DNA from: Gemmatimonadota bacterium
Lineage (GTDB): Bacteria; Gemmatimonadota; Gemmatimonadetes; Palauibacterales; Palauibacteraceae
Assembly: GCA_039589875.1 (NCBI GenBank)
Contig: JBDHGL010000003.1
Span: 4,035 to 68,034, forward strand
DNA: 64,000 nt
Direction: 5' to 3'
Below the pieces are notes generated by a model. The model saw only the letters and a program-made list of their open reading frames with translations. It was not told the DNA's origin and made no database searches. Positions 18,921 to 28,689 of this stretch are shown here, in pieces (position 1 is the stretch's first letter; each line of letters starts with the position of its first letter). The position numbers and the translations under genes were made by a program.

Positions 18921-20962
18921 TTCTTCGCCCCCCGACCGAGTAGTCTGGATCCGGTATCGCCGCTCAGCAGCCTCGTGGCTCGTGGATCGTCGGCCCAGGT
19001 CGAGCGGAGGACCGATTGAGCTTCGACGCGAATGGCGGATTGGCCGGTCGATCGCCTCAAGAACCTGAAGCCCTTGTCCGGGCGAGCCAGTGACAGGAGC
19101 GTTTCGATCGCCCTCTCAGTGCGGACGCCTTCGAGCGTCCGAGTCGCATGCATGCGGACTTCCCGCGCGTTCTCCTCGTCCACCGCCAGCTCCGCGATCC
19201 GTTCGATCTGGTCCTCGGGGCAATCCTTGCGAGCCTTGATGAGTCCCATGATCACGGTGCGGGAATCTTCACAGCTCAGGGCGGCGGCGATGGCCCTGCC
19301 TCTCTCGCCGGGTTCCCTGAGGAGGAGCTTGATCGCCGCCAGACGGACGCTCTCGTTCTCATCCTCGATGTAGGCAACGGCGCTGAACCCATCCGGAACT
19401 GTCTCGAGGTCTCCGAGGAGTGAGAGCATGTTGCGTTTCACGTACCAGCGCTCGTCGTCGACCCGCTCGACCACCTCGGGTGCGATGGAGGGCCCGAGGT
19501 CGGCGAGGCGACGGAGCACCTGGCTGCGGGTTCCGCGAGATTCGGAGTCGGATAGAGCGTCAAGCAAAGGAGTCGCGGCAGCCTCACCCAGGACCCCGAT
19601 CATCCGGTCGACTGTCGCAAATTCGATCGACTCTTCGGCAAGTAGCGACCCGAGTACTTCGGGGCTCTTGATCCGGTTCCACAGCTCCCGCACGGCCGGG
19701 TTCTCCCGCGGCGCCGCCTCGAGAACGTCCAGAAGGGCGGCCACGCTCTTCTCGTCCACGAGTCGCGAGAAGCTCTCGCCCACGAAACCGGACGTCTCGT
19801 CCACCTCGATTCCCATCTCGACGAGGCGCAGCGGCTCCACGCTCGCGCGGGAGCGGCCGCTTCCGGACCGATGTACAGCCGATCCCTCCGCCGACATCGC
19901 CTCGAGGACGCTGGTGTAATCCTCCGGAGCGTAGGCGGAGACGTCCCAGTCGGCGAGAAGCTGCCCGACCTGGTTGCGAACGAGCTTCGCCGCGTTGCGT
20001 CGTTGGTCCGGTGATCCGTTATCGGCGTAGCGGGCCAGTTTGGCCAACATGAGCCAAACCGTATGGGGGATCTGACACTCCTCGAGCTCTGCCACTTCGC
20101 GTAGGAGTTTGACTACCGCTCCGGCACCCAGCGTGCTCGAGGCCCCGGCGAGGAGCTGTCGACGCTCCTCCGGGTTGGTTCCAGCGTTGAGCAGCTGACG
20201 GAGCGCCTCCGGGTTGAGGCGAGATACGAGTTCCGAGGTCAGATCGCGAAGCTCAGCCGTCTGTCCCGGCGAGCTTTCGATCGCCTGCTCTACCTCGAGA
20301 AGATGTTGAGTTACGCCGCGCGCGTACCGTTTGTCCTCACACTGCGCCTCGATGTCGCGGGCCAGCCGCGCTGCGCTCACGGCCTCCTGGGGCGTCGAGT
20401 CTTCGGTAAGCGCGGATTGGGCGAGCGCCAGCCAGACTCCGCCCATCTCCCCTTCCGGTAGCCGCCCATCGCCCTCCTCGTCCATCGCCAGCTGGTCGTA
20501 TTGAACGAACACGATGCGGATGTGAGACCACTCGCGGTCGGCGAGTGGCGATCCGTCCTCCTCGTGGGGGTCCAGAGAGAGCGCGGCCAGCAGCTCCTCG
20601 ACCTCGACGGAAGAGATGTCGCCGGAGAGCGAGATCGCCGCGACCCGATGCCGGTGCAGATGCTCCGTCAGCGAGGCGAGCGCCGGGCTGTCAACGTCCG
20701 TCAAACCGCCGTCCACGGAGAGCTGTTCGCGACCGACCTGGACCACCAGCTCGGCGCTGCCGGCGACTTCGCTCACCAGCTCCGATAGGGCGGCGGACGA
20801 TCCGCGGAGCGCCGGGTGGTTGGACGGATAGAGCAACTGCCGCTGCAAGGCACGCGCGAGCTCGACGAGGAGCGCCTTGACGTCCTCGCGCATCGCGGCG
20901 CTTCCGACATCGTCTGCGGTCGTCGTGTTGCCCGCTTCCGCGGTATTGGGAGAAGTCTTCAT
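18917..20962 (-). CDS. HEAT-repeat protein (module 2)
   Basis: AATPLLDALSDSESRGTR, DERWYVKRNMLSLLG, DENESVRLAAIKLL. Collinear with 12010-14001. Start uncertain (20998, 20962 or 20893). Confidence 0.82.
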   Translation of the reverse strand: MKTSPNTAEAGNTTTADDVGSAAMREDVKALLVELARALQRQLLYPSNHPALRGSSAALSELVSEVAGSAELVVQVGREQLSVDGGLTDVDSPALASLTEHLHRHRVAAISLSGDISSVEVEELLAALSLDPHEEDGSPLADREWSHIRIVFVQYDQLAMDEEGDGRLPEGEMGGVWLALAQSALTEDSTPQEAVSAARLARDIEAQCEDKRYARGVTQHLLEVEQAIESSPGQTAELRDLTSELVSRLNPEALRQLLNAGTNPEERRQLLAGASSTLGAGAVVKLLREVAELEECQIPHTVWLMLAKLARYADNGSPDQRRNAAKLVRNQVGQLLADWDVSAYAPEDYTSVLEAMSAEGSAVHRSGSGRSRASVEPLRLVEMGIEVDETSGFVGESFSRLVDEKSVAALLDVLEAAPRENPAVRELWNRIKSPEVLGSLLAEESIEFATVDRMIGVLGEAAATPLLDALSDSESRGTRSQVLRRLADLGPSIAPEVVERVDDERWYVKRNMLSLLGDLETVPDGFSAVAYIEDENESVRLAAIKLLLREPGERGRAIAAALSCEDSRTVIMGLIKARKDCPEDQIERIAELAVDEENAREVRMHATRTLEGVRTERAIETLLSLARPDKGFRFLRRSTGQSAIRVEAQSVLRSTWADDPRATRLLSGDTGSRLLGRGAKK

Positions 20963-21057
20963 CGCGCGTACGCGTCGAGCAAAGACCGGACCAGGCATGA
21001 GAAGATCGCAACTTCCTCTTTGGCAATAGCTTAGCTACGGCAGGGCTTTCGAGACCG

Positions 21058-21085
21058 GGGTAAAGCACCGCATAATGCTTTGCCC
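21058..21085. promoter_or_regulatory. Inverted repeat in the divergent HEAT2/gmd intergenic region
   Basis: GGGTAAAGCA-ccgcataa-TGCTTTGCCC (9/10), with the palindrome TGCAAGCTTGCA just after it. Confidence 0.35.
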
Positions 21086-21172
21086 GATGCAAGCTTGCAC
21101 GCGTTTCGCGGATGTTTCGGGACGCTCTCACAGACCACGCACAGATGCACCGGAAGGTGGAAGACGGGTGCG

Positions 21173-22165
21173 ATGATCGCTCTTATAACGGGAATCACCG
21201 GCCAAGACGGCTCCTACCTGGCCGAGCTTCTGCTGGAAAAGGGATACGAAGTGCACGGCGTGGTTCGCCGATCCTCATCCGAGAGATTTGAGCGCATACA
21301 GCACTTTGTCGATCAGGTGATCCTCCATCAGGCCGACTTGTTGGACCAGCTGTCGATCGTGAGGACGCTCGAGGACGTCGGGCCGGACGAGGTGTACAAC
21401 CTGGCCGCCCAGTCCTTCGTGCCGACCTCTTGGAAACAGCCCCTCCTTACGGGTGAGTTCACGGCTCTCGGCGTCACCCGGATGTTAGAGGCGATTCGGC
21501 ATGTGGATCCGAAGATCCGCTTCTACCAGGCCTCGTCGTCGGAGATGTTCGGGAAGGTCAAGGACTCGCCGCAGAACGAGTCCACGCCCTTCTATCCGAG
21601 GAGCCCTTACGGAGTGGCGAAGGCGTACGGTCACTTCATCACGGTGAACTATCGGGAGAGCTACGATCTGTTCGCCGTGAGCGGCATCCTGTTCAACCAC
21701 GAGAGCCCCCGGCGAGGCCTCGAGTTCGTTACCAGGAAGGTCTCCCACGGTGTGGCGGCGATCAGCCTCGGTATGAGCTCGGAGCTGCGGATGGGCAACC
21801 TCGATGCGCGGCGGGACTGGGGCTATGCCGGCGACTACGTGAAGGCGATGTGGTTGATGCTGCAGCAGGATCGGCCGGAGGACTTCGTTATCGGTACGGG
21901 GCAGACGCACTCGGTCCGGGATCTGGTCGAGGTCGCCTTCGCGCACCTGGATCTCGACTGGGGGGAGCATGTCGTGGAGGATCCCGCGTTCCTCCGGCCG
22001 GCCGAGGTCGAGCATCTTTGCGCGGACGCATCTAGGGCCCAGGAGGTTCTGGGTTGGGTGCCGGAGGTTGGCTTTGCAGAGATGATCCGGATGATGGTCG
22101 ATGCCGACGTCACCCGGCTTTCGCGATCCCCGCACCCTCATTCCGGTGACCCAGGGGCACGCTGA
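21173..22165 (+). CDS. gmd: GDP-mannose 4,6-dehydratase
   Basis: [61 protein letters not shown]. Confidence 0.96.
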   Translation: MIALITGITGQDGSYLAELLLEKGYEVHGVVRRSSSERFERIQHFVDQVILHQADLLDQLSIVRTLEDVGPDEVYNLAAQSFVPTSWKQPLLTGEFTALGVTRMLEAIRHVDPKIRFYQASSSEMFGKVKDSPQNESTPFYPRSPYGVAKAYGHFITVNYRESYDLFAVSGILFNHESPRRGLEFVTRKVSHGVAAISLGMSSELRMGNLDARRDWGYAGDYVKAMWLMLQQDRPEDFVIGTGQTHSVRDLVEVAFAHLDLDWGEHVVEDPAFLRPAEVEHLCADASRAQEVLGWVPEVGFAEMIRMMVDADVTRLSRSPHPHSGDPGAR

Positions 22166-23124
22166 TGCGCATCTTGGTAACCGGCGCGGCCGGCTTTATC
22201 GGAAGCCACCTCGTGGAGCGGCTGCTCGACGGGGGCGTGGAGGTGGTCGGCCTCGACAACTTCGATGATTTCTACGATCCGGAGGTTAAACACCGGAATC
22301 TGGCGGCCGTACAGGAGCGGTCAGGATTCCGGCTAGTGGAGGGCGATATCCGCGACGCGGGTGGTCTGCGGGCCGGGGTGCCGGAAGCGGTCGATTGCAT
22401 CATCCATCTCGCGGCGCGGGCGGGCGTGAGGCCCTCGATCGAGCAGCCTGTCCTGTATCAACAGGTGAACGTCAACGGAACGCAGGAGCTCCTCGAGTTC
22501 GCGCGGGACAGACGGATCTCACGATTCGTATTCGGATCTTCGTCATCCGTGTACGGGAACACACGGAAAGTGCCGTTCTCGGAAGAGGACTTCGTGGGCG
22601 CCCCGATCTCGCCGTATGCGGCCACGAAGAGACAGGGCGAGCTCCTCTGCCACGCCTATCATCACCTGTTCGGCATCGGAGTCATCGCGCTCCGCTTCTT
22701 CACGGTATACGGGCCCCGCCAGCGTCCGGACCTCGCGATCCACCGATTCACGCGGCTCCTCAGCCAGGGAGAGCCGATCCAACAGTTCGGCGATGGCACC
22801 AGCCGCCGTGACTACACCTACATCGACGACATCTTGCAGGGGATCCAAGGTGCGGTCGAACATCTGGATCAGAAGCCCGGCACGTTCGAGATCGTGAATC
22901 TCGGGGAGAGCGAGCCGGTCGAGCTTTCCAGACTGATCGAGCTGATCAGCAGGTCTCTCGAGGTGGTGCCGGTAGTGGAAAGGCTTCCCATGCAGCCCGG
23001 CGACGTCGAGCAGACTTACGCGGACATCTCGAAGGCTGCCGAGCTGTTCGGTTATCGTCCAGTCACCAGCATCGACGAAGGCATCCGACGCTTCGTGAAG
23101 TGGTTTGGTGAGGTGAGGGCCTAG
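22165..23124 (+). CDS. NAD-dependent nucleotide-sugar epimerase (UDP-glucuronate 4-epimerase-like)
   Basis: TGAAGFIG, HLAARAGVRPS, SSSSVYG, YAATK, RFFTVYGPRQRPD, RDYTYIDD. Confidence 0.9.
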   Translation: MRILVTGAAGFIGSHLVERLLDGGVEVVGLDNFDDFYDPEVKHRNLAAVQERSGFRLVEGDIRDAGGLRAGVPEAVDCIIHLAARAGVRPSIEQPVLYQQVNVNGTQELLEFARDRRISRFVFGSSSSVYGNTRKVPFSEEDFVGAPISPYAATKRQGELLCHAYHHLFGIGVIALRFFTVYGPRQRPDLAIHRFTRLLSQGEPIQQFGDGTSRRDYTYIDDILQGIQGAVEHLDQKPGTFEIVNLGESEPVELSRLIELISRSLEVVPVVERLPMQPGDVEQTYADISKAAELFGYRPVTSIDEGIRRFVKWFGEVRA

Positions 23125-24317
23125 CTCCGCGCGTACGCCCGAAGAAGGATCTCGGCGACCTCAGGGCGGGTGAATTCGGCGGGCGGCCTCTCCCCCCGGC
23201 TCAGCATCTCGCGAAGGCGCGTACCGGAGAGAAAAAGGCGCTGTTGGATCTCCGCCGGTGAGGTCTTCTCGGTCGCCATCTGGCCGGTCACGTCGCACCA
23301 GAAGGCGTGTTCGAACTTCAGCGGCTGGATGCCCAGCACCTCCTGATCGATCCGATCGAACACGAGCTGCGCGTCGTACGTGCCGTAGTAATCACCGACA
23401 CCGGCGTGATCCCGCCCGACGATCATGTGCGTGCATCCGTAATTCCGGCGGATGATGGCGTGAAACACGGCTTCCATCGGACCCGCGTAGCGCATCGATA
23501 GCGGCAGCGCCGAGAGCAGGACGCGCCTTCGCGGGAAATAACGGTCGAGCAACACCCGGTAGCACTCCATTCGCAGGTCCGCGGGGATGTCGTCCGACTT
23601 CGTCTCTCCCACCACGGGGTGAACGAGGAGACCGTCGACGATTTCCAGCGCGCACTTCTGCAGGTATTCGTGCGCCCGGTGGATCGGGTTCCGGGTCTGA
23701 AAGGCTACCGCCGACTTCCAACCCAGCTTCGAGAAGCGAGCCCTGGTTTGAGCCGGCGTAAGGATCTCTTCCGCGGCGACCCCCTCGACGGCGTAGGTCG
23801 GGCCCAGGTAGTGGATGGGGCCGGCGATGCAGACGTCGCCGAGGCCTTCCAGGGCGGCCACGCCCGGATGGGCTCGGTCGGCCGTCCCATATACGGCGAG
23901 GCGTTCGCGCTCCATGTCCCTGCGGAAGACATCGGTCACTTCCAGCGCCGCCAACACTTCACCTTCATGCGAGCGTAGCGCCACCATCGCACCCGGCTCG
24001 ACGCCGTCGGCTTCCCCGTCTCGCACGGAGAGAACCACCGGGATAGACCACGGGAGGCCGGAGGGGAGGGCCATCTCCTCCAGTACCGACTCATACATCT
24101 CCTCGTCCATGAAGCCTTCGAGGGGTGACAGGGCACCGACCGCAAGGAGATACAGATCGGACGCTAGCCTGGGTCGGAGGACGACTTCAGGGGCGGCCGC
24201 GGCGTCGGCCAAGAGGCGCTCGGCCGCGTCGGAGTCGATGACGCGGTCGACCAGCCGTCCGCCGTACGGTTCGATCAAGTCGGCGTCCGTCGTCGACCGG
24301 GGCTCAGGGTCGCTCAC
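23121..24317 (-). CDS. sat: Sulfate adenylyltransferase (ATP sulfurylase, Sat type)
   Basis: SPLEGFM, FQTRNPIHRAHE, MRYAGP.EA, VGRDHAGVG, LSGT. GTG start overlaps the cysC stop. Confidence 0.95.
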   Translation of the reverse strand: MSDPEPRSTTDADLIEPYGGRLVDRVIDSDAAERLLADAAAAPEVVLRPRLASDLYLLAVGALSPLEGFMDEEMYESVLEEMALPSGLPWSIPVVLSVRDGEADGVEPGAMVALRSHEGEVLAALEVTDVFRRDMERERLAVYGTADRAHPGVAALEGLGDVCIAGPIHYLGPTYAVEGVAAEEILTPAQTRARFSKLGWKSAVAFQTRNPIHRAHEYLQKCALEIVDGLLVHPVVGETKSDDIPADLRMECYRVLLDRYFPRRRVLLSALPLSMRYAGPMEAVFHAIIRRNYGCTHMIVGRDHAGVGDYYGTYDAQLVFDRIDQEVLGIQPLKFEHAFWCDVTGQMATEKTSPAEIQQRLFLSGTRLREMLSRGERPPAEFTRPEVAEILLRAYARS

Positions 24318-24958
24318 CCGATGGAGGACGCCTGCGAAGCCGGCGCCGCCCGGATATAACCGTGACGTCGCAGGTGCTTGAGGATCTGGTCCACGCATTC
24401 CGAGATCTCTCGATCCTGCGTTTCGACGACGAGCTCCGGTGCTTCGGGTGCCTCGTAAGGCGCATCGATTCCCGTGAAATCCCGGATCTCGCCGGCACGA
24501 GCTCGATGGTACAGGCCCTTGGGATCCCTCTGCTCGCAGACCTCCAGCGGGCAGGAGACGAAGACCTCGACGAAATCGCCGTCCCGGGTCATCAGATCAC
24601 GCACTCGGTTCCGATCTTTCCGATACGGCGAGATGAACGCCGTGGCCACGATGGCCCCGGCCTCGGCGAACAGCTTGGCGACTTCTCCGATCCGTCGGAT
24701 GTTCTCCGTACGGTCGTCGGGGCTGAAGCTGAGATCGCCGCTGAGCCCGTGCCGCACGTTGTCGCCGTCCAGCACGTACGTGAAGTAGCCCTCCTCGAAC
24801 AATCGCTCCTCCACGCATTGGGCGAGCGTGCTCTTGCCGCTCGCCGACAGTCCGGTAAACCACAGGACACAACCGCGGTGGCCGCGCCGGGCCTCACGAT
24901 CCTCACGCGAGACCATGCCGAGCTGCCAGAAAACGTTCTTTCCGTCTCGATCGTCCAA
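24314..24958 (-). CDS. cysC: Adenylyl-sulfate kinase
   Basis: WFTGLSASGKST, LDGDNVRHGL, DRTENIRR, RDPKGLY, FTGIDAPYE. Confidence 0.96.
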   Translation of the reverse strand: MDDRDGKNVFWQLGMVSREDREARRGHRGCVLWFTGLSASGKSTLAQCVEERLFEEGYFTYVLDGDNVRHGLSGDLSFSPDDRTENIRRIGEVAKLFAEAGAIVATAFISPYRKDRNRVRDLMTRDGDFVEVFVSCPLEVCEQRDPKGLYHRARAGEIRDFTGIDAPYEAPEAPELVVETQDREISECVDQILKHLRRHGYIRAAPASQASSIG

Positions 24959-25012
24959 GGCTTCCCTCTCGTCAGTGCTGTGTCTCGTCGCCCGCAGTCC
25001 GGCCGCACGAGG

Positions 25013-25930
25013 CTAGGGCTCGAAAAGGTGTTCCGCCACCTGCCGTACAAGGGGCGACACGCGCTCGTACGTCTCCGGCCGGCCACAAAATATCCCGCCG
25101 CGTTGATGTGGATCGGCCTTGCCGTACCGCAAAGGTCCGCCGGCGCAATCGGTCACGCGCCCGCCGGCTCCTCGGAGCAGCGCTTCGGGAGCGCAGGTGT
25201 CCCATTCCTTGAGAAAGGGAACCGGATGCACGTAGACGTCGGCTTCTCCGCTTGCAATGCGAGCACATTTTATGCCCACCGATCCCGAAACGACGACCTC
25301 GACAGGCCCCAAACGGGCCTCCAGTTCCTGTAGCGCCGCGTCCGGGTGGGAGCGCGACCGTATCAACCGCAGAACCCCGCCGGCCGGACCGTCGACCTGG
25401 AGCCGCGCGGCCTTCGCCTCCGTGGCCGGCCCGTGGACGACCCAAGCGCCGAAATCCACGTGGCCAAGGTACAGACGAAGCTCGGCCGGCTGATAGACGG
25501 CTCCGAGCAGTGCTCGTCCGCCCTCGGCCAGACCGATCATCACGCTGAACTCGCCGTTACGTGCGATGAACTCCTTCGTGCCGTCCAGAGGGTCGACGAC
25601 CCACAAGCGATCCGCCGCGACGTTCCGAGGTGGATCGGATTCCTCGCTCAGCACCGGGCCCTCCGTCCACGCCTGCAAGACATCTAGGATCGCGTCGTTC
25701 GCTGCATGATCCGCGCGCGTAACAGGGTTGGGACCAGATACACCGGCGCCGCCTTTGTCCCGGATCGTCAGGTCGTCGCTCCCGTAGAAGACGAGAGCGG
25801 CCTCGCCTCCGGCCAGCGCTGCCCTGGCTGCAACTGCCAGGTCTTCAGCCCACTCGTCGCCCATCTCCCGAACCGGAAGGCCCCAGCGCTCGAGCCATTC
25901 CGTTCCGCCGCGGCTCTGCGGCCCGCTCAT
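25013..25930 (-). CDS. cysQ: 3'(2'),5'-bisphosphate nucleotidase (PAP phosphatase)
   Basis: PVTRAD, LSEE, WVVDPLDGTKEFI, SRSH, GSVGIK, EWDTCA. Confidence 0.9.
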   Translation of the reverse strand: MSGPQSRGGTEWLERWGLPVREMGDEWAEDLAVAARAALAGGEAALVFYGSDDLTIRDKGGAGVSGPNPVTRADHAANDAILDVLQAWTEGPVLSEESDPPRNVAADRLWVVDPLDGTKEFIARNGEFSVMIGLAEGGRALLGAVYQPAELRLYLGHVDFGAWVVHGPATEAKAARLQVDGPAGGVLRLIRSRSHPDAALQELEARLGPVEVVVSGSVGIKCARIASGEADVYVHPVPFLKEWDTCAPEALLRGAGGRVTDCAGGPLRYGKADPHQRGGIFCGRPETYERVSPLVRQVAEHLFEP

Positions 25931-25945
25931 CTACGCTCCACTCTG

Positions 25946-27046
25946 TTAGGTGCGAACCCTGGCAAGAAGCACCAATCCGGCCGCCAGGAAGAGGAAGTTG
26001 GGAAGCCATGCCGCGACCGAAGGTGCCACGACGCCTCCGGCACCGAGTGCTTGTGCGATTCGGACCAGCATCAGGAATAGAATGGTGGTTCCGAGGGCAA
26101 TACCGAGTGAGACCGGGGCACCGCCACGTCGAGTCGTCTGAGCCAGCGGAATGCCGAACAAAACGATGATAAAACAGGTGAAGGGATACGAGATCTTGAG
26201 GGCGCGCTCGACGATGAGCTCCCGTGCCGTACCGCCCGATCGCTGGATCGCATCGATGAACCGTCCAAGCTCGCCGTACCGCATCTCATCAGGGTCTTTG
26301 GGGTCGGCCAAAAGCTCTTGCGGTTGCTCCCGAAAGTCGGGCTGCCAGAACTCGTCGAACAGAAAGCTCCGCTCGGTGGCCGGTCCGCCGAAGAAACGCA
26401 TTCTGCCCTCCTGGAGCTTCCACAGGGAACGGGCCGAGTCCCAGCTCGCTTCCTTCGCGGTAATCACGTAGGTCGGGTAACTGAATCCTGTGCCTTCTCG
26501 GCTGATCTCTAGATCCTCGATCTTTCCGGTGCGGGCGTCTAGACGCTCGACACGGTAGACGAGCCCGGCATTGCCGCGGAAGACGAAGTTGCGGCGCGTG
26601 TTCTCGGCTCGAGACTGATGATCACCGATCACCTCTCCGGCCCGCCGCGTCGTGACCGGGACGATTTCCGTGAGGCCGAGGGCGACGAAGCTCAGGAGCA
26701 TGGCTAGCGCGAACATCGGCATCGCGACTCGATAGAAGCTGATTCCGCTCGCCTTGGCCGCGGTTACCTCGAAGTGCCGCGATAGAGTAGAGATGGTGAA
26801 GACGGCGGCCAGGAACGAGGCGAGAGGGAAGGCGAGCAGCGTCTGGTTTGGAAACTCGAATACGTAGTGAAGAAGCACGTCGAGTCGGCTCAGCCCCCGT
26901 CCGAGATAGACGTCGAGGTTGTCCACCAGATCGATCACCGTGAAGAGCAGTGGAACCCCCAGGACGCACGCCGCGAAGATGCGCATGAACTGGGTCATGA
27001 CGTAGCGATCGAGAATCCGGATGGCCGGTAGGGCCGGGAGCTGCAC
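25946..27046 (-). CDS. lptG: LPS export ABC permease LptG-like
   Basis: ILDRY, EVTAAKASGIS, beta-jellyroll-like middle, AAWLPN. The LptF versus LptG assignment is by position. Confidence 0.8.
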   Translation of the reverse strand: MQLPALPAIRILDRYVMTQFMRIFAACVLGVPLLFTVIDLVDNLDVYLGRGLSRLDVLLHYVFEFPNQTLLAFPLASFLAAVFTISTLSRHFEVTAAKASGISFYRVAMPMFALAMLLSFVALGLTEIVPVTTRRAGEVIGDHQSRAENTRRNFVFRGNAGLVYRVERLDARTGKIEDLEISREGTGFSYPTYVITAKEASWDSARSLWKLQEGRMRFFGGPATERSFLFDEFWQPDFREQPQELLADPKDPDEMRYGELGRFIDAIQRSGGTARELIVERALKISYPFTCFIIVLFGIPLAQTTRRGGAPVSLGIALGTTILFLMLVRIAQALGAGGVVAPSVAAWLPNFLFLAAGLVLLARVRT

Positions 27047-27047
27047 C

Positions 27048-28496
27048 TTACCGCTCCAGATGGATGGCGCGCCACATAGCGATCAAGCCAAGGCCGGTGA
27101 AGAGCACGTTGGGAGCCCACATCGCCCAGAACGGCGACAGAATGAGTCGATCCGCCAACTCTTCGCCCCCGATCATCGAAACGTAGTAGGCGCAGAAGAC
27201 CGCGAAGCTGACGGCCACTACCATTGCGGTGCCGCCGCGCGGGTGGCGCACGGCGAACGGCGCTCCGATCAGGACGAAGACGATGCAGGTCGCCGGGATC
27301 GAGAACTTCTTGTTGATCTCTACGAGAAAACGGCTCTGTCGCTCGAAGCCCGAACGCAGCTGGGTGGTGTACACGTCGTACTGCCGAATCGGATCCTCGG
27401 CGGTACTGACGCGGAGGGCTCGCTGAAGCGTCTCGGAGCCCACTTCCCTATCCGCGCCCAACGTATCGTCAGGGGCGAGTCCGATCAGCTCGGGAGGGCT
27501 TGTCGCCCCCAGTAACACCTCTACCAGCGCTGCCGAGTACTGAGCGCTCAGATCACCCGCCGCGTCAGCGATCTCCACGCCGGCCTCCACCTCTTCCTGC
27601 ATCTGGGCGACCGACATCTCCCGGTCGCTGCGACCGACATCATCGAGTTCTAGCTCGTTGGAGACGTCCGAAATGCGCATGATCAGCTGGTCGAAGTAGA
27701 GCCGCTGATACTCATCCTCGTGACCCTCCAGCCGCTCGTGAGTCACGCCGGAGTGCAGCGTCAGGTAGAGGTCGGTCAGGCTCGGGTTGTATGCCATAGC
27801 ACCGCTGTCGGCGTAGATGAGCCGTGGCCGCTCTCGCTCCCGGTTGTCGAACAGCGCGATGTCTCCCAGAGTACTCCGATCACGGTCGATTCGGGCGACT
27901 CGAAGGAAGAGACGGCCCGCGACGACCTCGTTGATCGTGCGCTCGCGAAGCACGAACGTCGGCTTCTTCTTGGCTATGCTCGTCAACAGGACCTGGAGCC
28001 TGTGGTTCGATTCTGGGAGAAGGCTGTTGTTCAGCCACACCATGCCACCAGCCAACAGCAACGCTGCCGCGCAAACCGGCAGGAGCAACCGTGTCATGCT
28101 GACACCGCTAGCCTTCATGGCCGATATCTCGTTGTCAGCAGCGAGCTGGTTGAAGGTGTAGAGCACCGCTACGAGAACCGCCATTGGCAACGTCATTGCG
28201 AGGATGAACGGGATCGAAAGCACGAACACCTGGGCAATAACCGTCCAGTGAAGGCCCTTGCCGACCAGGTCTGCAAATCGCTTGACGACCTCGTTGAGAA
28301 GCATCAGCGTCGTAAGCATGACCGTGGAGAACAGAAATGGTGCGAGGAGCAGCTTGAGGAGATAGCGCGTGAGGATCCGCGGGCGAAGCGATGAGGTCCG
28401 ACGACCGCTCGACCGAGCCTCACTGTCTGCGCCTTGTCCGCTGCCCGGACGAACCAGGGCCGCGTCGGACTCACTTTTCGCGGTCGCTGACGTCAT
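27048..28496 (-). CDS. lptF: LPS export ABC permease LptF-like
   Basis: ILTRY, LPMAVL, DNEISAMKASGVS, EINKKFSIP, WAPN. Confidence 0.82.
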   Translation of the reverse strand: MTSATAKSESDAALVRPGSGQGADSEARSSGRRTSSLRPRILTRYLLKLLLAPFLFSTVMLTTLMLLNEVVKRFADLVGKGLHWTVIAQVFVLSIPFILAMTLPMAVLVAVLYTFNQLAADNEISAMKASGVSMTRLLLPVCAAALLLAGGMVWLNNSLLPESNHRLQVLLTSIAKKKPTFVLRERTINEVVAGRLFLRVARIDRDRSTLGDIALFDNRERERPRLIYADSGAMAYNPSLTDLYLTLHSGVTHERLEGHEDEYQRLYFDQLIMRISDVSNELELDDVGRSDREMSVAQMQEEVEAGVEIADAAGDLSAQYSAALVEVLLGATSPPELIGLAPDDTLGADREVGSETLQRALRVSTAEDPIRQYDVYTTQLRSGFERQSRFLVEINKKFSIPATCIVFVLIGAPFAVRHPRGGTAMVVAVSFAVFCAYYVSMIGGEELADRLILSPFWAMWAPNVLFTGLGLIAMWRAIHLER

Positions 28497-28689
28497 CGGA
28501 TTCCTTGGTGCCCCCAGATCACCGCGTGATTCTTCCCGGTCCCGGGCGGTATGTTCCATTGTCCATCGACTTTCGGCCTCGACCCGACGGATCTCCCGTC
28601 GGCCGGGCCGGGTACCCGATCCTACGCGAGAATCAGCCGGTCTGTCGATCGGCCCGCGGATAGAAGAGGAGTGAAGGGCAGCAAGTCAT

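Noticed and set aside
21021-21035. Sigma54-like TGGCA-N6-TAGC upstream of gmd
   Set aside because: GG-N10-GC spacing is right but the -12 element is imperfect; too weak to call.
21015-21130. Possible c-di-GMP-I riboswitch upstream of HEAT/HD-GYP module 2 (GGCAAA, GAAA and TTGCC fragments on the minus strand)
   Set aside because: The element order and the GACGCAAA core do not fit the consensus. An Infernal search would settle it.
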